A stretch of 64,000 nt of DNA from Mobula birostris (lineage: Eukaryota), in contig NC_092375.1 of NCBI RefSeq assembly GCF_030028105.1, forward strand, positions 70,655,130-70,719,129. Direction: 5' to 3'. Under the pieces are notes generated by a model that had not been told where the DNA came from, did not search any database, and saw only the letters and a list, made by a program, of their open reading frames with translations. Below, in pieces: positions 39,490-51,877 of this stretch (its first letter is position 1; every line of letters begins with the position of its first letter). The position numbers and the translations under genes were made by a program.

Positions 39490-40010
39490 GGATGCCGCAG
39501 CAGTGCGGTCAGTTGAGCCCTGGTTCACAGTTCCAGCAACCTGGGTTCAGTCCTGACTTTGAGTGCTGCCTTTGTGCATCTGAATGATGTGTGGGTTGGT
39601 AGATTAATGCACCCCCCCATATGTAACTGAGTAGTATAATCTGAGATTAATACACCCTAATATGTAACTGAGTAGTATAAACTGAGATTAATACACCCTA
39701 ATGTGTAATTGAGTAGTATAATCTGAGGTTAATACACCCTAGTATGTAGTTGAGTAGTATAATCTGAGGTTAATACACCCTAGTATGTAGTTGAGTAGTA
39801 TAATCTGAGGTTAATACACCCTAGTATGTAGTTGAGTAGTATAATCTGAGATTAATACACCCTAGTATGTAGTTGAGTAGTATAATCTGGGGAGTTGATG
39901 AGAGCATGGAAAGAATAGAATGGCTCAGGTAGGATTAGTATAAAAATGGGCACCTCATTTTTGGCATGGTCTCTGTGGCCTGAAGGGCCAGATGCAAGTT
40001 TTACATAGTT
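39490..40010 (+). mobile_element. SINE containing a 41-bp tandem expansion
   Basis: tRNA-like head with ctgggttcagtcc and a CR1-like 3' end ggcctgaagggcc. A similar SINE lies at about 26560-26835. Confidence 0.65.
39601..39889. repeat. 41-bp minisatellite, about 7 copies
   Basis: Unit ag(a/g)ttaatacaccctagtatgtagttgagtagtataatctg. Confidence 0.93.
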
Positions 40011-41404
40011 TTCATGTACGAGAAAATCTGTGGATGCTGGAGATCCAAGGCAATGCACCAGAAAAATGCTGGAGGAACTCAGCAGGTCAGGCACATCTAC
40101 GGAAAGGAGTAAACAGTCCATGTTTCAGGCCGAAACGCTCCTGCAGGATAATTTTGCCTATTTTGTCAAATAACCTGTTGACAGTGGTTAAGCTAGGATT
40201 GGCTACCTTGGGTGAGTTTGAGGATCAGAAAGCAGTAAAGATAAATGTGGATGCTGTATGTGGAACACAAATTCTGCCTTTCGAATAAATCACACCGTCT
40301 ACAATGCTGCAGTGCTACAATCCAACCATTCCAGTTTCTGTTTTTTCTGATTTCTTTTACTGACAGTGCCTGGATTCTGCTAAAAAATTGCATAAAAGTA
40401 ATGTAATTGATTACAGGCTGCCTTCATAGTGAAGGCTATACAGAGGTTATAGTGATTAGTTTGACTTCATCCACACAGAGGGCAGAGAAGACCTCAGTTA
40501 CTTTTGCTTTCCAATATACAGTGCATGCTTTTTGTCTTGAAATAGTGCAAATCTTATAGGCAGAATTGGCTTTGTCGATTTTCTTAACTTTTAGGGGTCA
40601 GAAGCAGAAAGTTATTTCAGGATAATGGTGCCCATGTTGGTCAGGACTACAGTTGATACATTTTTAGATGTTGTTTGCTACAATGGCCCAAATTGCTTCA
40701 AATGAGTAAGACTTCAGTTTACCGCAGCCTTAAGTTGAAAAAAAATAAGCTTGGAATCAAATTCCAGTCATTCACTATGAGTGAAGGATGGTGTCTCAGT
40801 TCTGAGTTTAGTATTTATACATGTCAAAATAGTACGTGGTTGTGGAATTCCATAAAACTATCCTGGTAAGTAGGATCGTGTGTACCTGTAGTAAGGCTAA
40901 TAGCCAAAGTGTTGTGATTCACATTGCAACCTGTCAGACTTGATCAGCTTGTAAATTATTATATTTGTTCACATTTGTTCTATATGGAATAGAATTTCAA
41001 AGCATGAATCCGTATTCACTACTTTAATAATTGGCATACATGCTAAGCCTCACATTTTCTGTAATGCATTTCAGAATCTCATTATTTATTTTCAGTATCT
41101 GGGCACTGGCAAGTCTAGTGTTTATTTTCCATCTTTATTTGCCCTTGACGACAAGCTGCTGATGAGTCATCTTCTTGAACTGTTGTAGTTTTCCCACTGA
41201 ATTGGCAGTTCCAGGATTTAGATTGTGTATATACTGTATTCCTAAATAGGTGTGATGTGCAGTTTGGAAGGCAATCTTCAGGTGGTGATAAACATGTTGC
41301 CCTTCTTGACTTCTTGATGGTAAAGGTTGTAGGTTTGGGATTTGTTCTTCAAGAATGGCTGGAACTTGTAGATATAACACACTGCAGCCTCTGCAAGGTG
41401 GTGA

Positions 41405-41942
41405 AATAGAAACATAGAAACATAGAAAATAGGTGCAGGAGTAGGCCATTCGGCCCTTCGAGCCTGCACCGCCATTTATTATGATCATGGCTGATCATCC
41501 AACTCAGAACACTGCCCCAGCCTTCCCTCCATACCCCCTGACCCCCGTAGCCACAAGGGCCATATCTAACTCCCTCTTAAATATAGCCAATGAACTGGCC
41601 TCAATTGTTTCCTGTGGCAGAGAATTCCACAGATTCACCACTCTCTGTGTGAAGAAGTTTTTCCTAATCTCAGTCCTAAAAGGCTTCCCCTCTATCCTCA
41701 AACTGTGACCCCTCGTTCTGGACTTCCCCAACATCGGGAACAATCTTCCTGCATCTAGCCTGCCCAATCCCTTTAGGATCTTATACATTTCAATCAGATC
41801 CCCCCTCAATCTTCTAAATTCCAATGAGTACAAACCCAGTTCATCCTTTCTTTCTTCATATGAAAGTCCTGCCATCCCAGGAATCAATCTGGTGAACCTT
41901 CTCTGTACTCCCTCTATGGCAAGGATGTCTTTCCTCAGATTA
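41405..41942 (-). mobile_element. 5'-truncated young CR1 (same family as 2218-6300)
   Basis: Highly similar to 2220-2760, with the same (TTTCTATG)n tail and MIPGMAGLSY...FFTQRVVNLWNSLPQ. Confidence 0.95.
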
Positions 41943-42489
41943 TTGTTGGAGTGTCACTCAAAGAGCAGTTTTGACCTGAATGGCATCATGTTTCTTTACT
42001 GATTACTCATCCAGGCTAGTGGAGTATTCTGTTAGCCTCTCGACTTGTGAGTCATAGATAGGAGAATATTGGGGTATCATGATGTGAAACACACTGCAGG
42101 ATACTCAGCCTTGACCTCAGCCATGGTATTTATGTGATGGTGTAGTTTAGTTCCTAGTCAATGGTAACTCCAAAGATACTGATGGTGTGACTCGGCAATT
42201 GTAATGACATTGAATGTAAAAAATAATTGGTTAGATTCTCCCTTGTTTGAGGTATTTGTTGTCTGGCTTTCTTGTGGTGTAATTGCCCCTTGTCAGCTCA
42301 CGTCTGAGTATTCTGCAGGTGATGCTGCATGTAGCCTGAATAGTTTCAAATGGGTGACTGCCAAAATGGTTCAAAAAACTTTGCCAGAGAGATGCATGGA
42401 TTTGTAATTTGTCCATTGCCAATTATAAAAAGTAAGTAATACTTTTGAATGAGTTGATTACTGTTTTACAATAAAAATATGGCTGTAAC

Positions 42490-43610
42490 AGAGCTTTGAC
42501 CGGTAACCAATCTGAACATTGGAAGTTTGGCAAGGAGGGAATTTCAATCAGGTCCACTGCCTGGGGGAAAAAGGCAGGAGTTGCAGGGGATGGGAACCAG
42601 ATTGCCAGAACAGTTAGTGGAGAGGTTGTGGAGGTAGATGATGTTAAGACCTCAGACAAAGTAAGGAATCAAAAGGTTGATCCGTGGCTAACAAAGAGAA
42701 GTCAAAGTCAACATAAAAGCCAGAGAGAGGGCACATAATAGCACAAAAATTAGTGGGAAGTTTGAGGATTGGGAAGCTTTTAAAATCCAACAGAAGGCAA
42801 CTAAACTGTCATTAAGAGGGTAAAGATGGAATACAAAAGTAAGCTGGCGAATAATATTAAAGAGGATACCAAAAGTTTCTTCAGATACATAAAATGTAAA
42901 AGAGAAGTGAGATTGGATATTGGACCACTGAAAAACGATGCTGGAGAGGTAATAATGGGGGACAATGAAATAGCAGACGAACTGAATAAGTATTTTGCAC
43001 CAATCTTCTCTGTGGAAGACTCTAGCAGTATGGTGGAAGCTCCAGGTGTCAGGGAGCATGAAGTACATGAAGTTACCATAATTAGAGAGGAGTTCTTGGG
43101 AAAATGAAAGGTCTGAAGGTAGATAAGTCACCTAGACCAGATGCTATACACCCCAGAGTTCTGAAAGAGGTGGCTGAAAAGATTGTGGAGGCATTAAAAT
43201 CACTAGATTCTGGAAGTGTTCCAGAAGACTGGAAAATTACAAATGTCACTTCACTCTTCAAGAGAGGAGAGAGGCAGAAGAAAGGAAACTGTAGGCCAGT
43301 TAGTGGTTGGGAACATGTTGGAGTCGATTATCAAGGATGAGGTCTCATTGTACTTGGAGACACATGATGAAGTAGGACAGAGTCAGCATGGTTTCCTCAA
43401 GCGAAAATCTTGCCCATCTAATCTGTTGGAATTCTTTGAAGAAATAGCAGGATAGAAAAGGGAGGGTTGATGTTGTGTACTTGGATTTCTAGAAGGCCTT
43501 TGACAAGGTGCCACCCATGGGGCTGCTTAACAAGCTACGAGCCCATGCTATTACAGGAAGGATTCTAGCATGGATAAAGCAGCGGCTGATTGGCAGGAGG
43601 CAAAGAGCAG
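42490..43610 (+). mobile_element. Internally deleted CR1 fragment
   Basis: KSFFRYIK, DKSPRPDAIHPRVLKE and SQHGFLKRKSC motifs. Confidence 0.85.
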
Positions 43611-44899
43611 GAAACATCAGTGAGGATTTGGTCAATTTGCAACTGAAGGCATTCCTCCAAATGGTGAAGGTGTCAAATATAGAGAACAACAAAAGTCCAA
43701 TATTAGAAGTGTATAGATCTATCAGAAGAATTGTATGACTGAAGGTGAGATTGCAGGTAGGGAGCGTGAGACTTGAAAAGATCAATATGATTTATTTAAA
43801 ACTTGAGCATTACATAATACCAGATCTGAAATGGTTTGTTCCTGAATGTCTATTCTCCACACCTTATCCATTTACAATTCAATTTAAAATCTTAGCTGCA
43901 AGTATTTATGTGCAGACCTCAAGTGAATTAATCAGATCGTGTGCATTGCCTAGAGACAGCAGATTTCATTTGGAAGTCTTCTCAGTTTGCAAAGCTGACA
44001 GTTAAATCTGTCAGTGCTTTAAGGTTTTTTAGTACTTGTGTTTGTGAAATTTAGAAGTTTTTAAAAATGGTTCAAGATTGAATACTTAAAACTAATTTAA
44101 TAGCTATTGATTTAAAACAAACACACTAAATGATTTAAAAACTTTTGGAAATAATTAAACCAAACATATTTAAGACTATCTACCTTTTTTCCTTGTAGCT
44201 TTACCATTACCATTCAAGTGAATGTAGTCACAAATCTGCAACAAAATTGTTGGGAATTCCAGTAAGCATCTGCCACATTTTTGGTCTTGATGTTGAACTC
44301 AGTGATAGAATGTAACTGGCAAATTGCGGGTGGGACATTTAAATTACTAGACATAAGGGTGAACATTTTTCACAACCATAATATGTCTTTACATGCTTTG
44401 TTCAGTGTTATTTGTACTGGTGATGGTGGAAACGTGAATGGATGAATTAAAATCAGGATTTTCCAGTCTGCTGAGTAGAAATTGCTAGACATGACAATAT
44501 CATTTGTAGATTTTCTCTCATATCTTTAGCTGCTATTTTGGCACAGCACATTTAAAGCAGTGCTTGAAGCTGTACTGTATGTCCTGTGTCATCAGTTTTA
44601 ACACTAGCTCCTTTTCATTTCACTTATTTGTAAATGATCACTCTGTAAGTGCCAAATATCATATAGCAATTGTAAATACTCTTCAAAGTCCGAAGTAAGT
44701 CTATTATCAAAGTACATATACAACCACGAGATACGTTTTCTTGTGGGCATACACAATATATCCAAGAGACACTGTAGAATCAATGGAAGACCACACCCTA
44801 CAGGACAGGCAAACAACCAATGTGCAAAAGACACCAAACTGAATACAAAAGAAAAGTAAATAAATTAGCAATAATTAGCGAGAACATGAGATAAAGAGT

Positions 44900-45355
44900 C
44901 ATAGAGTCATAGTCATAGAAAAGTCACAGAACCAGGCCCTTGGGCCCATCTAGTCTGTGCTAAACTATTTAAACTGCCTACTCCCATCAACCTGCACAGG
45001 GACCACAGCCATCCATGTACCTATCCAAACTTCTTTTAAATATTGAAATTGAGTTCACATGTACCAGTTGTTCTGACACCTCGTTCCACACTCTCATGAC
45101 CCTCTGAATGAAGTTTCCCCTTGTCTTCTCCTTAAATGTTTCATATTCACCCTTAGCCCATGACCTCCAGTTGTAGCTCCACCCAGCTTCAGTGGGAAAA
45201 GCCTGTTTGCACCGACCTTCTCTATACCTCTCATAATTTTGTATACCTCTATCAAATCTCCTCTTAATCATCTACATGCCAAGGAATAAAGTCCTAACTG
45301 ATTCAATCTTTCCCTATAACTTGAGTCCTCCAAAGCTGTCAACATCCCTGTAATT
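44900..45355 (-). mobile_element. CR1 3' fragment
   Basis: (catagagt)n tail and RGNFIQRVMRVWNE...FKRSLDRYMD. Confidence 0.85.
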
Positions 45356-45624
45356 TCCACTTGTGCAGGTTACCCCTGCTTCAGAAGAGGATCTGATGAT
45401 AAAAAGCTGAAATTTTGCACCTTAGTCTCTCATTCATCTATTCTATCTTTCTATTTCTGTCCTGTCTAGCACATGATGCCTGGATAATCCAGAGATTACT
45501 AACTAACAATTTGCAAATATGCTACTTTTAGGTCCTGTTAAGTGGAACACACCAAGTCGTTCTGTCCTTGAAAGTCAGTCTATAGGTGTGGGAACAGTTC
45601 AGTGATGGGAGGAGTGAAGTTACC

Positions 45625-47700
45625 CCCTCTGGTTAAGTAGCCTGAAAGTTGAGGGCTAATAATTGTTCCTAAATCTTGTGGTGTGTGTTCTGAGGCTCCT
45701 GTACCACCCTCCATTTTTTTTTACGTGTGCCTGCGTGCATGCGAGTCTAAGTGTGTGCCTGTTGCGTGCGCGTCTGCGTGTCTGTGCGTGCGTCCGTAAT
45801 GATGTCTTTTTTTTTCATGGCTTTTACAAGGCGCGGAGCGAGGGAGAGAGACTGTGTGGTGCGCCACTCCTCACACAGACATTTTTGCAGCATTTTCCCT
45901 TTATTTTATGAGGACGAGTTGCGATCTCGGCACTCAACCCGGCACGGATGGAAAGCGTACTTGGGAGTGGACCCGACTAGTTTCGAACCTGGAAACCTCC
46001 ACTCCCCGGTCCAGCGCCGATGTCATTGCGCCACCAGCCGGCCCCTGTACCACCTTCCTGATGGCGGCAGTGAGAAGAGAGCATGGCCAGAGTGGTGGGC
46101 ATTCGTGATGATGGATGCTGCTTTCCTGCAACAGCACTCCGTGTAGATGGCTTAACCCTTGATGGACTGGGCCATGTCTACTACTTTTGTAGGATTTTCT
46201 ATTCAAGAGCATTAGTGTTTCCATACCAGGCCATGATACAACCAGTCAATATACTCGACACCACGCATCGATATAAGTTTGTTAAAGTTTTAGATGTCAA
46301 GTGGGATTTTTGCAAACTTCTTAAAAAAAAAATGTAGTGACACTGCAGTTCTTTTTTTTTTGTAATGTCAATTGCGTGCTGGGGCCAGGACGAAATGATA
46401 AATTGAAGGAATTTGAAGTTGCTGACCCTCTTCACCTCTGATCTCCCGGTAAGGACTGGCTCATGGATCTCCAGTTTGCTCCTCCTGAAGTCAATAATCC
46501 TTGGTTTTGCTGTCATTGAGTGAGAAGTTGTTGTTATGGCACCCCTCAGCCAAATTCTCAAACTTGCTCCTACATGCCTGTTCATCACCAGCTTTGATTC
46601 ACCCTACAACAGTGGTGTCATCAGAAGACTTAAATATGGCACTGGGGCTGTGCTTAGCCACTGAGTCATAAATACAAAACAAGTAGAGCAGGGAGCTATG
46701 CACACTGCCTTGTGGTGCATCTGTGCTGATGGAGATTGTATTTGCCAATTCAAGGTGACTGTTATATGCAAGTGAGGAAATTGAGGTTGCAATCACGCAG
46801 GAATTGAAGCCAATGTCTTGAAGCTTATTAATTAGTTTTGAGGGGATGATAGTATTGAAAGTTAAGCTGTAGTCAATAAAGAGCGTCCTGATGTATGGAT
46901 CTTTGCTGAACAGTTGTTCCAAGTTTGTGTAAAGAACCAATGAAATGGCACCTGCAGTGGATCTGTTGTGCCAGTAGGCAAATTGGAGTGGATCCAAGTC
47001 ACTTCTCAGGCAGGATTTAATATGTTTCATCACCAACCTCTCAAAGCATTTCATCACGGTGGAGGTAAGTATGACTGGACGATAGTCATTGAGACAGGTT
47101 ACCATCTCCTTCTTAGGCATCGACATAATTAAAAACCTGCTTGAAGCAGATGGGTACCTCAGACTGCTGAAGCAAGAGGTTAAAGATATCGATGAACACT
47201 CTAGCCAATTCTTCAGCACAGGTCTTCAGTACTTGGACAGGTACCCCATCTGGGCTGGATGCTCTCGGTGGGTACAACCTCCAGAAGGATGCTCTTACGT
47301 CAACCTCAGAGACTGAAATCGCAGTGTCATTGGGGGCTGTGAGAGTTTGTGAAGGTTCCTCCATGTTTGGACAGGCAAAGCGAGTATAAACGCATTGAGT
47401 TCATCTGGGGGCGAGGCACTTGGATAACTTTGTAGGAACTGATAGAATTCAAGCCCTGCCACAGTTGTAAAGCATACTACAGTGATTCAAGTTTGGTCCA
47501 GAATTGCCACTTTGCATATGAGATGGCTTTCTGGAGATCACACCTGGGCCTTTTCTTACTTGGTGCCAGACCTGAATGCCACTGATCTGGCCCTAAGTAT
47601 TTGCGGATCTCATGGTTCATCTAGGGGTTCTGGTTGGGGAAGACTGAATGATTTTGAGGGTACACACTCACCTATGACTGTTTTTATAAAGTCGAGCAGG
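45625..47700 (-). mobile_element. Rex1/Babar-clade LINE (RT), degraded
   Basis: PKK..VTCLNDYRPVILTSTVMKCFERLV...LDPLQFAY..NRST...LFIDYS..FNTIIPSKL...GAP-like DAPQGSV...DDTTVVG. Confidence 0.9.
45713..46043 (-). mobile_element. Young tRNA-derived SINE with poly(A) tail and 15-bp TSD
   Basis: Starts GGCCGGCTGGTGGCGCAATG (A box) with GGTTCGAAAC (B box) and ends in an A-run. TSD cctgtaccaccYtcc at 45698-45712 and 46044-46058. Confidence 0.9.
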
Positions 47701-47795
47701 TTGCATGAGCTAGTCAAATATTTTACTGGACTATTTTTGCTCTAAATGAAATCTGCATATCTGCAAATCTGGTTTTCTGTTCTTTTTTTTTACAG

Positions 47796-47999
47796 CCGTC
47801 AAGCAGTGGTAAAGCAGCTGAGCTGCTAGCCAAAGACAAGGGTACAGTTCCAGGCTTTATTGGATTTGGAGCCACCCAGAATGAATTGGCTTATGTCCCT
47901 GCAGTCCAAGGCTTCGAAGAAGTGGACAGCTTGGTGGATGCTGACTTCCGAATGATTCTGCGCAAAATGTCAAAGAGGGATGCAACCACTAAATTAAAA
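47796..47999 (+). CDS. LTN1: Listerin exon 2
   Basis: [25 protein letters not shown]...[14 protein letters not shown]; AG/GT boundaries; 204 nt. Confidence 0.96.
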
Positions 48000-48361
48000 G
48001 TATGTTTTATTGTTGCATTTTGCTTATTTTCTGTAGCAGTTGTTGGTGTGTGTCACATTATAAACTCACTCAGTGAAGTATTGTGAGTGAAGAGATACAT
48101 TTACTATTTCTGGCATTTCTTTATGCATTTCATTTTTATTCAGTTTGGATGGATGCATATTTGTCTTAATTTTGCTTAAAATTAAGATTTGCAGTTCTAT
48201 TTTTGGAGGTTTACAAATGTGTTGCTTCAGCAAATGAAAGTACCAAAATGTGTACCAAATTCTGTCACAGACTGAGCAAATTTGTGCAATGATTAAAGTT
48301 CAATAATCAATAATAATGAAGTTCAATAATTACATATAATGTCAGAGAAATATATACAATA

Positions 48362-49680
48362 CTAGACCGTTGGGGCACCCTTTGAGAGAAGGGTAGTGCA
48401 GTCTGATGTGACCAGAATGAACATTAAATTTTCCTGAATGCTATTGGTATCACTTTGCTTTGGAAATTGAAGAAGAAAACCTCAGTTTATTAAATAAGAA
48501 TGACGCGTAGCAAGGCAAATATAGCCCCTCCTCGTTTAACGAAGGACACTTTTGATGGTATCATTTCTGGTTGATCTGCCACCCTTGTGCATCTTCTTGT
48601 CATTCTGGAGACGTTCGGTCCTTTCATACGCTGGCTCTTCATCTCTTCTGCTGTTTATTCGTTGTCTCTGATCTTGGAGACGTGCTTTTCTCTGCTCCTT
48701 TGTCTCTTCCTCTCTCCTCCTTCTGTGCCTGTTTTTGTCATTCTGGAGACGTGCAGTCTTTCATCCCCTTGTCTCTTCATCTCTTCTGTTGTTTGTTGTT
48801 TGTCTCTGATCCTGGAGACGTGCATTTCTCAGCTCCTTTCTCTCTTCGTCTCTCCTCCTTCTGTGCCAGTTGTTGTCATTTTGGAGACGTGCATGCCTCT
48901 CCTCCTCTTGTTTCTTCTTCTCTCATCTTTTTTGTCCTGACTCTTTGATCCTGGAGTCCTGCGGCCCTGGCCTCATCTGATTCTTGTTCTCTTCCTCTCC
49001 TTGCTGCTTCCCGACGACGTTTGGTGTCATCTCTTGACCATAATGTCCCCCTTCTCTTTCCATATGGCATAATTAGGCTGACCATATTTTTTTTCACCCT
49101 AATGCTGGATAGAAGCTGTACACTAAATCCTCCAAGATGCTGATTATTCTTGATGATGTGGTTGGCGCTCTCCTAAATGGACATGATATAGTCACCGCTG
49201 TCCTTTGACTGCAGCAAAGGATTTGATGGGTGTTTGGAAGTACATCATTACAATAAGATTTAATTATCTCTTATTGATGGGTCTCAGTTTAATCTGTCCC
49301 AATCCTGCACATGTTGATGGTGATCAGCAGAATGTGACTGCTCGAAATACAGCTGCCCTGTCCTTTTGCTCCGGTTGGCGTCGCTGCTGTGAGCATCGTG
49401 AGTCGCTTCTGAGGTTGGCCATGTGCATGCGTCGTGGTGTCACGTCGCGGTTTCCATCATGGCTGACATTGGCTCTCGGGTGAAAGCGGGGCTGTTGATT
49501 TTGGCAAGTGAGCAATTTTATATGAACATATAACCCTGAACTTTGCCTGCATTCTGTGTTAGTGCATTTTAAGTCGATTTATCCAAAAATAGTGCCGCTG
49601 TAAAGCACCGTTGGCGCTAATTGGAGGTCACAAACAGACAAACAGGCAAGCAGAGCATGAGAGTTTTAGTAGTATATAGA
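48362..49680 (-). mobile_element. Non-autonomous Helitron (rolling-circle transposon), about 1.32 kb
   Basis: The minus strand starts TC (49680-49679) and ends CTAG (48365-48362), between host A and T with no TSD. Subterminal hairpin ACCCTT-ctctca-AAGGGT lies 11 nt before CTAG. The host LINE tail rejoins across the site as caata|tacatcc. Confidence 0.85.
48575..48990 (-). repeat. 69-nt (23-codon) degenerate repeat array, STPR-like, inside the Helitron
   Basis: (c/t)tggagacg recurs at 48605, 48674, 48743, 48812 and 48881, with a variant at 48951. Minus-strand translation gives E(S/T)xExRxARLQ(D/N) repeats. Confidence 0.8.
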
Positions 49681-50976
49681 TACATCCTGAAATTTCTTTT
49701 TCTTCACAAACATCCATGAAAACAGAGGAGTGCCCGAAATAATGAATGACAGTTAAACATTAGAACCCCAAAGCCCTCCTCCCCAGCTCCCCCCCCACAC
49801 AGAGCAGCAGCAAAGCAATGATTCCCCCTCCCACCACCAGCACCAAAAAAAATGCATCGCGCCCTCCACCAAACACTCATGTGTGCAGCAAAGCATCAAT
49901 AAAGACATAGACTTGCAGTACCCGAAAGACTAGTCGTTCACCCGGTAATTCAACACACCACAGGCTCTCTCTCTCTCTCTCTCTCTCTCCCTAATAAGGG
50001 AAAAATTAAACAGTCTTTTGGCTTTCAGGATCTTTTTGGCTTGGTCTGTTTACAATGCATGGGATTTGGAGATCTGGAAATAATGGATACAGAAGAAACT
50101 GGAGCAAAAATACAAATATCTGGAGGAACTCAGTGGGTTAGGCAGCACATGTCCTGATGCAGGGTCTTGACCCCAAATGGCGATTATCTCTCTACCTCCA
50201 CAGATGCAACCTGACCCACTGAGTTCCTCCAGTAGTTTGCTTTTTGCTCTGAATTATAGGCAATCATTGGCTGCGATTTTGTGGAAGCTTTTAACCATGT
50301 AAAAGAGCCCTGAAAGGCAGCTTTTTCATGTAGAGGGTGTTGAGTATATGGAGTGAGCTACCAGAGAAGTGGTTGAAACAGATCCAGTAGTATAATTTAA
50401 GAAGCATTTGGGGTACGTGCAGAGGTAGGGCTTAGAATGAATGATGTGAGCCAAATGCAGGAAACTGGGACAAGATGTGTGAGCACAGTGGTTGGCGTGG
50501 ACTCAGTGGCTGCTGTATGACTCTCTAGTACTTGTCCTTCAGTCCACAATCTACAAGTAGTGGGACTGGAAACTCTGAATGTTACTGTAAATTCAAGTTC
50601 TTTTTCAGTATCTGCAAGATTATCTTTTATTTAGTTGCATGTTGGTACCATTAATGCGGTATTAACATTGCTGTTTTAAATTGATTTCTAATGCCTCAGT
50701 ATAGAGAGATTATTTGGATAATTGGAAATTAATCTTTCTTTTTCAAGTTGTTTTGGAGTATTATTTGCCTGATATTTAAAAATTTATGCCACATAGTGAA
50801 CAGAGTTAGTTTTAAATATTAAAATTTAAAATCATATTTGAAGGGGCATATATTGCATTGAGAGTTCTTCTTTGAGATACCCATATTTGTCAGTGTTCTT
50901 TCTGACGTGTTGAAAGTTTGATTTTTGTTTTCAATAGTCTTGTATACTCATTGACTTCTTAATTGTTTCCTATAAG

Positions 50977-51075
50977 GCTTTACAAGAGTTTGCCACAATG
51001 TGCAAAGAGAAGGATCCTGAAAGTGTAAAAGGAGTTCTTCCTTATTGGTCAAGGATTTATTGCAAATTTTCCTTG
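50977..51075 (+). CDS. LTN1: Listerin exon 3
   Basis: [33 protein letters not shown]; AG acceptor and GTAAGT donor; 99 nt. Confidence 0.95.
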
Positions 51076-51843
51076 GTAAGTTTCCATGACTTCCTTCTTC
51101 CCTTCTAACTATTGAACAGAATTTTGACTAAGTGAAACTTTCAATAAGTGAACTTTGCTAATTAGACATTGGCCTTCATAGTTATGAGGAAGTAGGCAGC
51201 TTATAGTAATGCAAGGAAATTCACCAGAGGTAACCATGTGCAGGCAACACTACACATTATATATTTTTTTTCTTCTTCTATTTCCTACCTAACATTCTGG
51301 CAAATGGGAGAGGCTGCTTATGTGTCTGATGGGACATCCAGTGACTGGATGTTATGCTGCAACCCTGAAGAACAGTTCCCAAACTTAAGGGGAATGCAGG
51401 GATTGAGGGATTGGGACAGGTGGTGGGAGGAGGCAGTGGGTAAAAAGTAAGAGATTAAGGGTTGTTTGAGGGAGAGAGGCAGAGAAAACAATTGCAGCTA
51501 ACAAAATTGAAGGTAAAGATTTCCTTTAGGGCAATTGGTTCTACCTGTTATCTTCTCATCACCTCCCTCTTGCCTCTTCATATTGGCTGATTTTTCTCTT
51601 ATCTTCTCAGTTCTGATGCAGCGGTCAGAACCTAAAATGTTGACTATCCCTTTGCCTCCTTGGTGCTCCACTGGCTCGCTGAGTTCTTCCTTTAGTCTAA
51701 ACCTACTTACTTTCCAACTGACCATGTTTTCCATGATAGTGGGACTAAGATAAAATAAATGCATCTCACAGGAAAATTGTGACCTATTCATTTACTCATC
51801 TAATGTAATTACTATTTGTTTAAGAAAAACAAGGGCATGCAAT

Positions 51844-51877
51844 GTCCTGATGAAGGGTCTCGGCCCGAAATGTCGAC
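51844..51877 (+). ncRNA. Minimal type I hammerhead ribozyme motif in a Penelope terminal fragment (51844-51935)
   Basis: GUC-CUGAUGA-A-GGG-ucucgg-CCC-GAAA-U-GUC-GAC: catalytic core boxes, 3-bp stem II and a short stem I. The stem III palindrome ACGU has mutated to AUGU. Confidence 0.6.
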
